NCBI RefSeq assembly: GCF_036588685.1
Contig: NC_086380.1
Location: 12,648,001 to 12,712,000, forward strand
DNA: 64,000 nucleotides
Origin: Mytilus trossulus
Taxonomy: Eukaryota
Direction of reading: 5' to 3'
This document shows positions 27,520 to 41,354 of the stretch, piece by piece. The notes under the pieces were generated by a model that had not been told where the DNA came from, searched no databases, and worked only from the letters and a program-made list of their open reading frames with translations. A program made the position numbers and the translations under genes. Within the stretch, counting starts at the first letter, position 1. Each line of letters opens with the position of its first letter.

Positions 27520-28740
27520 TCAATTTTTAACATGTTTTGTTTATACGAAGAAATAGGAATTGGCGCACACGAGTGCCCGATTTTAAGGCAACCACCAGAG
27601 AGACGACGCGGAAGGAGAAACCGTGTAGTTGCTGCACTAGAAATTCAAGATATGGGGTCATTTGTTGGTGAAGTACAAGCACTACTTTCTCTACAAATCC
27701 AGGCTCCGGTGCCAATTGAAAGCCAACCTGCCTTTTAAGGTTCCGTAACACCAGCACTGAACTTACAAGTGCCATTTGCGCAAGCTGAAATACCAGCTCA
27801 TTTACCAATGCTTAATCGAAATGGTGAGATAAATAATGATCCTATGCTTATACCTAATCAATCAGAATTTATCGATTTGTCATTACTTCTCCATCAATTT
27901 GTTTTAAATTGACAGACCTCAAAATGTTATAAGTTATGATAATACAGCCGGTTCATTTGAAATCACATCAAACAAAAACAGCATTGAGACATGGACTGAT
28001 GCATTTATAAATTGTATGAAAATATTAATTCAACGTTTTCCAAGTTTAGCTAGTGAATTGACTGCTCAATCGTTAGGGGGACCCAAGTGTCTTTTAAGCA
28101 GATTTATTGTTATGACCGGAAATTTAGATTAAGAATGGCAAACAATCCTACAAGATCTTGGTCTTCCATTGATGGCATTTTATGATACATCGTCATAGCT
28201 AATGGGGAACCGGAGGGTAATACGTTTACTATAGTATGGTATTCGTCTTTTGTCAATTCTATTGTTATGATTAAAAGATTGGGTTTAAATGTTGAAATTA
28301 GAAAAAAGGAGATAACATCCGCCTTCAGATTGTTAAAAATTTATTCAGGGGACTTGATCTATTAGGGTTTAAACTTAATGAATATCATTTCATAGATAAA
28401 TCATTGCCTTTTTGGTACTCAGAATCAAATTGCTTATTCGAAACATTTTTAACTTTTATTCAATGGGCTGTCATTAATGAGTCCAATTCAAATAATCTTG
28501 ATCATTATATGGATGATTTTTTTTGCCAGTAAAAGCAACAGCGAGGACTGTAAAAATCTGAAGAATAGTTTTGATAGAGTATGTTGTCGTCCTGGAGTAC
28601 CAATTGCTCATGAAAAATCAGAAGGTCCAACAACAAAGCTTAGTTATTTAGGTTTTATTTATAGACACAGCAACAAATGCTACTACAAATTTCGGAGGAC
28701 AAATTCAAAGATCGAAAATAAAATTGTGAAACTATAGTCA
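27520..28740 (+). mobile_element. Duplicated copy of the DIRS/Ngaro relic
   Basis: Same motifs as 19800-21030, within duplication unit 2. Confidence 0.75.
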
Positions 28741-30077
28741 AATAGACAAAATGATATCTCTTCTTTAAAATGCATTATTGATAAGGAAACATTTTCTTTT
28801 TAATTTTGATGTGATGCAAGAAATTTTTAATCTCAAAATATGATAAAGATTCTTAAATAGAAAGTCATTTAATTTTAATTTTAATACACTGAAGAATTTT
28901 TAAGAAGGTTGGGTAGCAATTTGAATGGAGAAAACATAATTTTATTAATAAAACATCTTCGCTCTATGCATTTATTGCCAAAGGGTAGCTATTTGAATTT
29001 AACCAATTTTACAAGTTTTCAAACGAAAGTTTAATTTGGAAATATATTTATATATTCTGCTGTAGCGATATTAGCAGGGTTGATTTTTTTACTTCGGTAT
29101 AACCTCAATTTTCTTTGTAATATGTATGCTAGTAGTTACATAAAAAAAATAAAAAATTTGGGGGGGGGGGTCTTTATAGTTTGCTGTTCGGTGTAATCCA
29201 ATGCTCCGTGTTGAAGACCGTACTTAGGCCAATGATGGTTTACTTTCACAAAAAGTGCCTCAGATGGAGAGTTGTCTTATTAGTTCTCACACAACATCTT
29301 CTGATATTATTCTGCCCATTATAAGTCAATGATATGTTCTTATTATTCAAGAATATTACTTTGCAAAAACCTGAAAGGAGATACATTTTAATATATACAG
29401 CTTCCTCTATTAATAACTGTTTTTTCTTCCAATCTTAAATAAGAAATAAAATAAAACAAATGTTTGCGTTATTACAATATTTGCATCCTTTTCAGGAGCC
29501 CTTGAGATCATTTCCACATTTTTGATGAGGTTCGAGATGCTTAGTCTTCAGTTTTGTATGTTTTGCCTTTGTGCTATTGTGTTTTTTTTCTTTTTTAGCC
29601 ATGGCGTTGTCAATTTATTTTCGATTTATAAGTTTCACTGTCCCTTTGGTATCTTTTGGCACTCGTTTGTACCAATTATGACGTAGAAGACGATCAAAAC
29701 AAAAAACAACGAACTTTGTTGTTAACGCTCTACTCAAGCCTTGATATTTTACATCGGAGTGGAATGACATTGATGTTGAAGGTAAACATCATCATCTTGG
29801 ACAGGTTTAATTACCTAATCATCGTGTATTTTTCTTTAGAAAATATGACTAGAAACTAAGGGTGCACGTGACGTTGTCGATGTTAACATCAGCGACGTCA
29901 TAAACAAAATAGCGATCGGTACAGGTTCAATGGTGAATTAAACTTGAGGATCTAAGTTCTTTTAAAAAGAAAATGAGTCAATAGATGACGATTATTAATT
30001 CATATCTCCCCTCCTGATTTGTGAATCTTCAAGCTGAAAAAACATATTTTTGGGGGATCTATATTAATATAATATAA

Positions 30078-32063
30078 CACTGGCGTCAACGTGATGATCG
30101 TAACTGCAATTACGATCATCCCAATATGGCATACACAAATATAGGGATATTTTAGAAGGCTGATTTCTCTACTTTAACAGCTTATTTTCAGATTTGTTTT
30201 ATATCAAGAAAAATCTTTATAAGCATTGCCGTTGAACGTGTTTTTCATAAATAATAGAAAAACAACCAGAAGAACGAAAATCGAGATTCAAAAAAACACG
30301 ATGATAATCGTAACTTTGTCTAAAGATGATCGTAACTTTGACTTGTTTTTATAAAAAGACGATCGTAACTCAAAATTGCGAATGTTTCTTTCCGATAAAT
30401 GATATTTAGCAGTCACGATAAAAGATATATTATTTCAAAATCAAACAAAGAATAAATGAAAATCGCTATTCTGAAAAGAAATGATATGAGGGGAATTAGC
30501 AGACTTGCAAATGCAAATGTCCTCAATATTATTTTCTTATGAGTTATTTAGTTAATATTCAAAATAGATTTACGTGGATATGAAGTTGATATAAATATCA
30601 TTCTCATGATACAGTTTAAGAATACAGGCCAACACTTTCACTAATTAAAGTAAACGAGGGCATGAAGTTACATTATTTTGATGACTTTCTATCGGTTTTA
30701 AATTGTTGCCTGGTCTTGGTTTTTCTAATCAAACTATGACTATTTAAAACTGATAGACTACAGGGGCGGACTACGAGGGAGGGTCAAGGTGCTCGCATCA
30801 CCTTTTTGTGTGGGAAATTTGGTTGATTGTAAAGGGAATCTATGAAGCATGACTGTAGCGTACCTACTCTTAGACAGCCAGTCCCAAATCCCTTTTTCAA
30901 ATCTCTGGCTAGGCCACTGAACTACTGTGGCCTATAAAAGTTGGAAAAGTTGAAATTGATGGTATACACGTTCATATTAGATTTTTCAAGCTACAAATTC
31001 TTACATTTATACGGTATATTACATGTACTATTGAAGTTGGTCGAATAAGTTGTGTTAAGCAAAACATATCAATAAGGGATCTACCATTTGATATTTATAA
31101 GGCGGGATGAAATTTGGAAAAGGGCAGAACAGGAGATTTTAGGGAAAAAAGGCCGGATGAACATATTGGCCAAACAAAAAGTTAGGATGACAATTTATGC
31201 CAAAAAATCAGGATGAAAAAAACAGGACCGAATAGAGTTAAAAAAAACACGGATAGAGAGTTCAAAATAAAAATGCAGGACAAAATTATTCATCCTAGCC
31301 CATCCCCCAAATAAAAACAAATTGTAGCTCTCTTTATTGACGGTTTCATTGTTGTTAATGTTTTTTATTCAACAGATATGATTTCACTTCTTAATGCTTT
31401 ATTTTTTCAACCTCTCCCTTAAAAATCGTAAATCTGTTGATAAAAGAAACTATAAAGTCTGAATTCCCCAAAATTACAAGATCCTCGAAAGGTACTAACT
31501 GGTCATTAATATGAACTGTCCAATACCTTATTTATATAAAACATATGAAATCAATATAAAGTTGTTAAACCCCAATGCATTTAAATATTGAACTAGATAA
31601 ATTAGAAATCTCTCGAAGTCGTTACCATATGTGCATTTACAAATATGACTTTACCCTCCCCTCAGTGATCGTTCCTTATTATCATCTCATTATCAGCTGA
31701 TAACGTACATTTTTTCGCATACAAGACAGCTTATTTGTTCATATTTATCAGAAAATGCTTCGTGGGAGCAGACAGTTACGATCATCGTAAGTACAAGTTA
31801 CGATCATCGTTGATAAAAATAAATAAAAGTTACGATCATCATCGTGATTTTTTGAATCGCGATTTTCATTCTTCGTGTTGCTTTTCAATTCTGTCCGAAA
31901 AATATTTCAATGGCAATGCTTATAAAGATGTTTCTTGAAATAATATAAATCTGAAAATAAGCTGTTACAGTAGAGGAATAAGCCTTCTAAAATATCCCTA
32001 TATTTCTGTCCGCCATATTGGGATGATCGAACTGCAGTTACGATCATCACGTTGACACCAGTG
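30078..32063. mobile_element. Non-autonomous TIR/foldback element with CACTG termini and ~350-bp inverted arms
   Basis: cactggcgtcaacgtgatgatcgtaactgca ... tgcagttacgatcatcacgttgacaccagtg; repeated gatcgtaact subterminal motifs; smaller MITE-like pieces inside. Confidence 0.85.
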
Positions 32064-33464
32064 ATATACGAAGTCCTGAGAGTTTCTGAATGAACTTGAT
32101 TGAAAGAGAACATAAGAAATTATAAATAAAATCGTTACGTTAGTCATGATTCAATTAACACATCGAATGTTTTAATCACGGTATCATTTATAATCAACTA
32201 TATCATGTATATGGATGATAATTTCTTTTCAGGGAAACAAAAAAACTGACTGAATATTTCATTTAAACGATTAACTCGAGCTTTCTACAGTAAAAACCGA
32301 ACGAGTTATCATACTGTAATTGATATGTAGTCTATGGTTCGATATTGTTGTATTGAATATATTTCAAATTTGCGTGACAACCAGTACAATAGAACGGTGA
32401 AATGGATGAATAATTCTCGTTGCGTTTATATCTGTTAATTATTCATGCGATTGACAGACGCGTATTTATGTTTCAAAAATGTAAACATTATAATTCAGTA
32501 ACAAAAGAAACAATAACAAGCCAATTTCAACCTTAAGGCAGACATATTTATAATCTATTCTGGTAAGTTTTGCAAAATGTTTTGTATTATAAGTTATCCA
32601 AAATTATCCTGTATGCTTTAAAAAGAATGCAAAAGTTATCATTTAGATAGAAATATCGAATTTTAATCTTAATATTGGGCTGTCGGGCTTGTATTTGACA
32701 TACGTAGTCAACTCGGTACCAGCATTCATGACAAACCAGAAGATTTCATTTTCGAAATTTAAAATTTCTCCTCCCCTGTAGCAGTAGTATCTCAAATGCC
32801 TCTGCATATGTGATCTGAAACTCATTGTACTGTTTATACAATTTTGGTGATATCCTTATGGTGTGAATCTTTGTTTGTATATGCCTTCTTTGAGTTTTTA
32901 TTCTACAGTTTTTTTTATTCTTGTCTTTCATGTTTGCTAGAGCACTTTGTCGATGAAAAGCCGACGTTTTCTTTAGACACAGTTGTTTGTTTTACATTTT
33001 TATAGTGATTAAGACTATAACACAATATTGACCGCTGTTCCCAAATTTGTTAAATGTTTGTTTAACGTCTGTGATTATTATCTCACACATTGTTGTCAAA
33101 ATGAAATTAAATTTCATGCGTCGTCAAGCATACAAGTGAGAGGTATAGCTAGCTGTAAAAACACATGGTATCCACCATTTGTAGCTTTATGCATGATAAA
33201 TGCAAACAAGATATATATTTTAAGCTCCATAATTTTCAAATCCCATCTTTTGATAAAAGAGTAAAATAAAACTTCAAGAAAAAGAACTTTGGGATACGCA
33301 TTTATTTGACTATTCAACAAGTCGCGCTGATTAAAATGCCTTTTTTTTCTATCAACAACACATTTGGTGAATGCTGTTTCTCATGTTTTCCACTTAACTT
33401 GAAATTATGGATACTACCAAAAAAAGAAGGTCCAATTTATTTGGTCATTTTTTTTTTTATTCGA

Positions 33465-33508
33465 GTGTCACTGATGAGTCTTTTGTAGCCGAAACGCACG
33501 TCTGGTGT
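33465..33508 (+). ncRNA. Type I hammerhead ribozyme (diverged)
   Basis: gtgtca CTGATGA gtct tttgt agcc GAAA cgcac GTC tggtgt; one stem II mismatch. Confidence 0.65.
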
Positions 33509-33766
33509 ATATACCACATTAAGACCTGGTATCTATGATGAGTTAATATTCAGTAGTCAGCACTTCGGTGTTAACATGAGTATCAATTATGTGGTCATTT
33601 TTATAAATTTCCTGTTTACAAAACTGTGAATTTATCGAAAAACTAATAATTTTCTTATCACAGGAATAGATTACCTAAGCCGTATTTGGCACATCTTTTT
33701 GAAATTTTGGATCCTCACTGCTCTTCAACTTCGTACTTGTTTGGCTTGTTAAGTATTTTGAAATGA

Positions 33767-33810
33767 GCGTCACTGATGAGTCTTATGTAGACGAAACGCG
33801 CGTCTTTCGT
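33767..33810 (+). ncRNA. Type I hammerhead ribozyme (stem I weakened)
   Basis: gcgtca CTGATGA gtct tatgt agac GAAA cgcgc GTC tttcgt. Confidence 0.7.
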
Positions 33811-34323
33811 ACTTCTTTGGCTTGATAAATATTTTGATATGATCGTAAATAATGAGTCTTACGAAGACAGAACGCGCGTCTGGCGTACTAAATTATAATC
33901 CTGGTACATTTGATAACTATTTACCCCACTGGGTGGATGCCACTGCTGGTGGAGGTTTTTTCCCCGAGGGTATCATCAGCCCAGTTGTCAACACTTATCT
34001 TTCTAGTGGCTGTCATTATATATTTATAACAGTTGGATTGTTAACGAATTAATATATCGTTCAGTCTATCATAGTGAGAGTTTAAGTTCTGTTTCTTTTG
34101 CTCTTTCGTGTTGTCAATCAGATTCTATTTCTCTCATTTGATCAATTCTTTGTGCTTTTGGCGTTTGCAACCTGAGGTTTGAAACTGTTCTTTTTAGATA
34201 GATTTTCCACCTCTTGCCATTTTTCATCTACTGTGTCACTTTCTTCCATGTTGTTACATTTTCTTTGTGGGAGTTGAAAGCGTTCTTCAGTTTTAATGTC
34301 ATGGTTAGTTTTCATGTGTCTAA

Positions 34324-35519
34324 GGCCGTGTCCACATTGACATAAACTCGGTGTTGTGTTAGTGAAACTCACACATGACTAAACATAATTACGTTCTCAT
34401 TGATTAAACTCAATGTTTACATGTAGTGTAAATCATGTTTTGTCTACATGCAGTCGATAGTCAATGTAGGCCTTGTGTAGGTTAAGTGTACACAAAACTA
34501 GGCATTCAGAACTTTTCCCATGTAAATTTAAAAAAGAAGCAATTTTTATATAAATTGATACTTATAACACTTTCTTATAAAGTGTTTTGCAGAAATATTT
34601 GTCAAAATTTGATATATTTATTTGTAATAAAAACACTTTACGTAGCCTTATTAACCCCTTATCAAGACAGACAAGATGTATCCATCATTATTGCCGAACA
34701 CATACTTCATTTGAAAAGGTCTTCCCGAATCGACTGAACGTACACCCTGACATTGATATTTGCCACTGGTCTTTTCTCAAACAACGATTCACTCATAAAT
34801 GTATTACTGAAAAATGGTGATGCTAATTGTTTGTTTGTTCAGTATCTCAGGTCCGTTAAAATATAGTTAGAAAAAAAACATAAACCCCTCCTTTGCTAAA
34901 TACTCCTTGGAGAAAAATACCATTTGAAACAAACAGAAAAGATAGAAATGTAGTGTAGTGACCCTTGACATCGCAATTCTATTTTTTCGTCTTGTCTGTA
35001 AGCAAGCTGATGCAGCCTACATTTTTAATGCGTAATCGAGACATCTTTAAACTACTTCAAATCATCCAAAATGGCTTTCTTAAAGGAGCAACCACTTTAT
35101 TTAAAAAAGTGGGGTTCTGAGTCAGAATTTTTTCTCGCTCGAAAGTTTATATTTATTTATTTTTCTATGGTACCAATTCAATAATTGACACTATTATGTA
35201 TGGGCAAACTATGGATTCAGAATATTTGTCTATTCTAATCATCGGTATGACACGAATTTTTTTCATCAAATTTTGGTAAAATCACCCTCCTGTTTTTTAA
35301 AGTAAAATGATCGTTCTATTACTGCTAGAAAAGTTGTTTGAAAATTTGAAGTAATGAACATTTAAATGGCATATAGTTTACAAGTGTGAACAAAACGTAT
35401 ATATAGGTAGCTAAACAAGGTGTATAGATGTGAACAAATTTAATGTGAAACTAGTGTACATTACATAAAATCAAATGTAAACATGTTTACTGTACACAGC
35501 CTTTGGTGTAAACACGGCC
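34324..35519 (+). mobile_element. ~1.2-kb non-autonomous DNA transposon (Harbinger-like TIRs), copy A
   Basis: Ends ggccgtgtccaca / tgtaaacacggcc; reverse-complement homolog at 41355-42432. Confidence 0.8.
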
Positions 35520-35574
35520 AACGATTTCCGGTGTGAAATATCTGTACCCTGCAATGATGATCTCATAAGTTTGA

Positions 35575-36250
35575 GTTTAATGTTTTATGTGACAAGATGA
35601 TGGTTAATACCCACAACATCACATCGTCTTACTTTCACATCTTGGATCTTCTCCATTTACCGTTCATTGCTATACAGTCATTCTGATTTTTATCGCTGCC
35701 TCCAGCTTATTGATCTCCCTATGTCGGAACAATGTTCCACATATTACAAGATTGTTCAGCCCACACAATTTACTAGATGTCTTTCGTTTTCGTTCATGAT
35801 TCTGCGGCCATGTATTCTCTCAAAACCTCTGTTATCTTGTCCCGCGTGAGCAATGAAATCTCTACTAAGGATTGTAAGGTTTTCTTGGGGGATATTTTCT
35901 ATCTTAGCTAGAGCTTTTTATAGAATTCCGTCTTTGTTTCTGTAGCAGCTTAATTTGTTTTAGAATAGACTTGGATGATTGATGTCTTTGTTCTTATTCG
36001 TTCATTGAATTGTACTCTATGAGTGATTTGGACGCTGATTTGTTGAGGATGATGGCAACTTTTTCTCGGAATTTGTCACCTGTTCTAATAGAGTATATTA
36101 TTGTATTCTCCTGTATTTGTCAATTTTTTCCAAACCCTGGCGATCTGCATTCACTTATACCTAGTATGTACAGGGTTATTTGTTAATGGATGGTTTTCTT
36201 TCCAATAGATATATACCTCTTTAGGCTTTCAAGTCTTGTCTATCCGTTGG
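35575..36250 (-). mobile_element. Degenerate RTE-type LINE AP-endonuclease fragment
   Basis: ILGISECRSPGFG, MNERI, NENERHLV, NNLVICGTLFRHREINK and NHHLV on the minus strand, with many stops. Confidence 0.7.
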
Positions 36251-36592
36251 TTTTGATTTCAGAGTTTTGTTTCCCTTATGTATATTGCCGTAACATAATA
36301 TTTCACCTATCGTTTAGGCATTTCAGCATGCCTTCTTTCTGCTTAACTGGGGCCTTGCTGCTCCGAGATTTTCAACAGACTCGCCCAATTTATGCAATCA
36401 GTTTTCGTGTGCTTCTACGAGGTGGCTATTTCTGAAGTCTATATAATTCATTTATGAGTGCATTTTCAACATCGAGAAAATTCTCAAACGTTAACGTCAA
36501 ACAATAAGAGATATATATAAAAGCTGTTTAATCCGGTAATGTTTTTCGTTGTTGTAGAAGTACTGCTGAATAGATATATAAAGGTTGTTGAA

Positions 36593-36623
36593 ATGGGGAA
36601 CAAACCATCGAGTTCCTTTGAAG
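36593..36623 (+). CDS. GIMAP: Predicted first coding exon of GIMAP copy 2 (MGNKPSSSFE-G)
   Basis: Acceptor gtttttcgttgttgtag at 36557, ATG at 36593 in an aaATGg context, donor GAAG|gtattt. Phase 1 matches the acceptor at 40426/40427. Confidence 0.7.
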
Positions 36624-37551
36624 GTATTTAAAATGATTTTTTTTTTATGAATACTTAAGGAAACGATTGAAGTATATTACGTATTCGATGTGTCTTTTGA
36701 AGATAAACGCCATTAGTTACATTTCAAATCAAATACTAACAATAATATTAAGCATGCAAGCAGAGAAAAGCCATTAGCCATTAACGATCGTTCAGATAAG
36801 TCGAAAGTCAATTTTACAGTAACGACATACATTCTTATTTACGTCAGGGAATATAATGCCTAAGTTAACAAGAGTATATACATATACACTGAAATATTGG
36901 CCTGCATTACTCATAAAAATAAAGCTTTACTTCAAGTATCACATAAATATAACAAGAACCAGGGAAATTATGGTAAGGTCACGTAGTCCAAACTGGAAAT
37001 TCACGTAAACTATACAATCATTCAATACACACAAAAAAGTTGACCTATTACTTATAGTTTCATAGAAACAGACTTATCCAGGAATGCTTAACTAGTGAAC
37101 AATTATTTGAGCGTCAGATGAACAATGAGACACAGAAAGAAAACCATACAATCCACCTTTACTTTGAATATAGCTGACCTATTGCATATATAGTATATAA
37201 GGAACAAACTTAAGATTGACCAATGCACTATGAAAATGAGGTCAGGGTCAGATGATAATTACCAAATAAATATTCCGTTTTATCATTCCATAAAACAAAA
37301 ATTGGTGACCTAGAGGTTATAGTTTAAGAAAAATTAACAAAACAATAAAAACGTAACACTTAGCAATGAACTGTGAAAATGACGTCAATGTCAAATAAAA
37401 CCTGCCAGACTGACATATAAAAAAGAGAAGATGTGATATAATTGTCAATGAGACAACTCACAACAAGAGACCAAATGACATAAAAATTAGCATAAATATG
37501 TCACCTACAGCCTATGAGCAAAGCCTTTATCGCATAATCAGCTATAAAAGG

Positions 37552-39599
37552 CTCTACAAAAGTCAATAAGTTGAAAAGACCAATTTTTTTCTGAATTTGC
37601 ATGAAGTTTTACTCGACATTCTTAATTTGTCTGAATACCTTTTTGAAATTCTTGACATATATGAATTTGTCTAATAAAGTTCTTGGTTTTTCTTGACAAG
37701 AGGCTTGACAGTATGAACTTTGTCTTGAAATTTCCCGACACTTCCTGTATAAGAAATCTGGATTAGTCTCGAACAAGTCTTGACTGTCTTAAATTTGTCT
37801 TGATCTGTCTTGACATATTCTTACTATTCTAAATAATGTCTGAAAATGTCTTGACACATTCTTGACAGTCTTAAAGCTGTATGAATATATCTCGACACAT
37901 TCTTGGCCGTCTTAATAATGTCTTGACACTATCTCAACAGTATACATTTCGCCTGAAACGTGTTGCTGTGATATAATCCCTTTTATAATAGCTTAACTAA
38001 ATTTTGAAGAATCAAGGATTAATTTTGTAAAGTAAGACACCATTTGGGTGTTACTAAGATGGTATACCCTGAACAATCCCCCATGTAGTTTAATTTTGAT
38101 TGAGTTTTATTAAACGCTTAGAATAATTAATTGTTTCACTTGGATATAAGTCGAAGTTACTGACTTACAGCAATTTGCTTTCCTAAAATAAGTGTCTTGT
38201 AAGCAGTTTTAAAATGTGACCATGTGTCTTTTTTAGACCCCACAATTCATCTTTTGGGTTTGTATGGCTACAGAAAGAGGTAAAAAGGGGGGTCGTTTAT
38301 GTCGAAGAATTTGTTCCCGTCTTGATTTAAAAACCTTATTCATTTTTCAGAACAACCCAAAAACATTTTTATTCGAATTTGAATATTGAATTTTAGAATC
38401 ATATATCAAAACTCCTGATTAGAAAAAAAATGTTAAGATCTATATTTTGCATGTCGGTTTGAGATCCATTTCCTAAGACCATTGATGGGACCGATTATGA
38501 ATACATTTTTTTATTATTATTCCTGGCATTGATTATAATTGTCTTTTAATCTTTGCGAATTATTCAATTTCTGTTCATGTTAAAATAATTAAATTCATAA
38601 TTTTGATGAAGAAAATCCATTTTAGTTCAAATTTTTTATATCAAAATGATGATTTACATTTTATCTATCAGCAAACTTTCCCAATTGTAGTGGAATTGTC
38701 AGTCAACTGATAAGTTGTATGACAGATTACAGGTAAAGCAGTCATTTTTATTTGACAGTTGCGTGTACTCTGGGGTGTGTAATACAAAATGTACCTTAAT
38801 TTTATGGGGAACATCATGTCCATGTGTAATACTTGATATATATTCCATACGATGACATTAAACAAAGTTTACTTCTGTTACATGAATGATATGCATATCA
38901 TCATGATTTTCTATTTATATTAACCACACTTTTGTACAATATTATTTACCATATTAACATTGAAAATTATGTATTTAGAATGAAATATGTCTACAGTATG
39001 ATAGGTTTTAATCATTTAATTTATCAGATTTAGGAATCAAAATTAATTTAAAACTCCACATTTAAATTATATCACTACACCTACATTTGAATTATTTTAT
39101 ACTTAAGATTTCATAGCCATATTTGCATTTGTTAAAATATTCATATACCCAAACTTTGAATTATTTTACATGCCAAACTTTTATTTTTGTTGTAAGAAGT
39201 GTAACTTGAAACAACCGTATATTATAAAAAGATAAATAAAGATTAAATTTAAATCATGTTTATTGATCATGATTTGTATATTTCAGAACTGTCAAGTAAA
39301 TTCAAGACACTATGAAAAATGTTCAGGATAGGTCATACCATACTGAGAAAAAATAAGAATATCGAGAATATGTCGAGAAATTTTAAGACAGTATTTATAT
39401 GTCAAGAATTTGTCAAGAAATTCTAAGATCATTCTGAGAATGTCGAGAAGATGTCGAGTAAATTTCACACAAAGTTAATATAAATGAGAATTTGTCAAGA
39501 AAAATTAAGACACGAGTCATACTTTTGGAGAATGCCAAGTAAAAGTTCATGCAAATTAAGACAAAACTGGTCTTTTCAGACTTATAGACTTTTGTAGTG
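37552..39599. mobile_element. CACTA/EnSpm-like non-autonomous element in the GIMAP copy 2 intron
   Basis: Ends ctctacaaaagtc / gacttttgtagtg, ~70-bp TIR similarity, 3-bp TSD AGG on both sides, many subterminal tcttgac/gtcaaga repeats. Confidence 0.88.
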
Positions 39600-40426
39600 A
39601 GGCCATGTTAATCGTAACTGTATTTCCAAATTAAGTTGACTTATAACACATGTACATATAAAGAATTTGAAAAAAACGTGATACACAAAAACTTAACCAC
39701 TGAACCATTAAAATGAGGTAAAAATAAAAAATGAATATGCGGTATGCCTCTCAATGATTCAACTCTCTACAAGATACCAAATGTCAAAGAAACTTATAAC
39801 TTTGGGTAGCTAAAAGGCCTTCAACAATGAACAAAACCCATACCGCATAGTCAAAGAAAAATACAAGCAGAAAAAAAGTTCTTACACAAGACACAACATA
39901 GAAAACTTAACACTATGCAACACGAACCTCGCCAAAAGCTAGAGTAGGTCTCAGGTTTTCGAAAGGGAGGCAGATATAATATTACCCTCTGGGAATCGTT
40001 TCCCATTTGTAATAAAGAAAGGAAAGAAGTGTTATTGACCTCGACACATAAAAAAAACCTTGAATCAGTAATTTGCTCTAACTGGTATTTTATAATAAAA
40101 AAAATCAATGTAAATAAATGCTAAGTCGAGCTTCAGTCCAATAATGAGTTTATAAGAGAGTCTCTCTTATAAATTTATTTGATTACATCCATATTAGAAA
40201 CCCTTAAAAATGAACAAAAAATGAAACGAATTCGTTTGGAAGAAACATGAACACTAAATAAGGTTAATATTGTAGACACCGTTTCGATGTAGTTATTTTA
40301 CATGCATTTAACATGTTAAAGATGTGAGGTAATAGGTTTCATTATCATTATCAAATGAGTATAAATGGTATAAAGTAAAACGTTGAATGTAATCAAAAAC
40401 TGATTAACGCATTTCACTGTTTGTAG

Positions 40427-41320
40427 GAATAGAAGATGAAATACGAATAGTAATGATAGGGAAAACTGGTTGTGGGAAAAGCGCGACAGGAAATAGCATT
40501 CTACGGAAAGAAGTTTTTAAGTCAGGAAATAATTTTTCATCATGTACTAGATACTGCACACGTGGTGAAAGTACATTCGACACAGGAATAAAACCTTACA
40601 AAATAATTGTTGTCGATACTCCAGGATTATTTGACACGAAATCAAAAGCCGATGATGTGAACAAGGAAATTGCTAAGTGCCTCGGAGTAAGCTCCCCTGG
40701 TCCGCATGTGATACTTTTTGTTATGTCCCTTGCAGTACGCTTCACACAAGAGGAGGAGAATACTGCTTTACACTTTACTAATCAGTTTGGAGAAAAACTC
40801 GTTGACTTCGTAATCATTCTTTTTAGTCATGGCGATACAATAAAAAAAAGACGACTCAATTGAACAAATGATTGCCGGTGCACCAAAACCTCTCAAAGAA
40901 CTCATTAAACAATGTGGAAGCAGGTACATGGTTTTCAATAATAATCTTAAATCTACTGATAAAATGAAGAAACAGTTAAAAACGTTGATGGAGATTGTTG
41001 AACAAACGATCGAAAGCAATGGTAAATCGTTTTACACAGACGAAATGTACAAGAAAGCCGAGGAAGAACTGCAAAAACGAATCGAAGAACTTGCAATAGA
41101 AAACGACAAAATGAAACCTGTCGATCTCAGGAAAACTGTTCGGGATGAAGTTGAAGAGAATGGCGACGTGCTGTCATTAATTCGTCAAGGCATATATGCT
41201 TTTGGAAAAGTAGTCGTAAAAAGCGCTGTAGATGCTACCGGAATTCCTGGTCTCATAAAAGGTCTAACTAAATACGTCATACAGGAGAAAACAAACGACC
41301 AAACTTCAAAACCATTATAA
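40427..41320 (+). CDS. GIMAP: GIMAP/AIG1 GTPase copy 2, terminal exon; +1 frameshift in an A8 run (40842-40849), so pseudogene or assembly error
   Basis: tttgtag|GA acceptor, IEDEIRIVMIGKTGCGKS, DTPG, PGPHVILFV, RFTQEE. Removing one A joins ORFs 40453..40863 and 40868..41320 colinearly with copy 1. Confidence 0.92.
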
Positions 41321-41354
41321 CTTTCTATATGTGAATTGAAACATTATAGACTTA

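Larger units (their letters stand above)
21083..28795. repeat. Tandem duplication unit 2 (carries the BEL/Pao insertion)
   Basis: Colinear with 16630-21083, with scattered substitutions. Confidence 0.95.
33430..33995 (+). mobile_element. Degenerate retrozyme cluster (hammerhead-containing repeats)
   Basis: Homologous to the monomer at 51821-52710; hammerhead cores at 33465-33508 and 33767-33810, and a decayed third at ~33843-33886. Confidence 0.85.
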
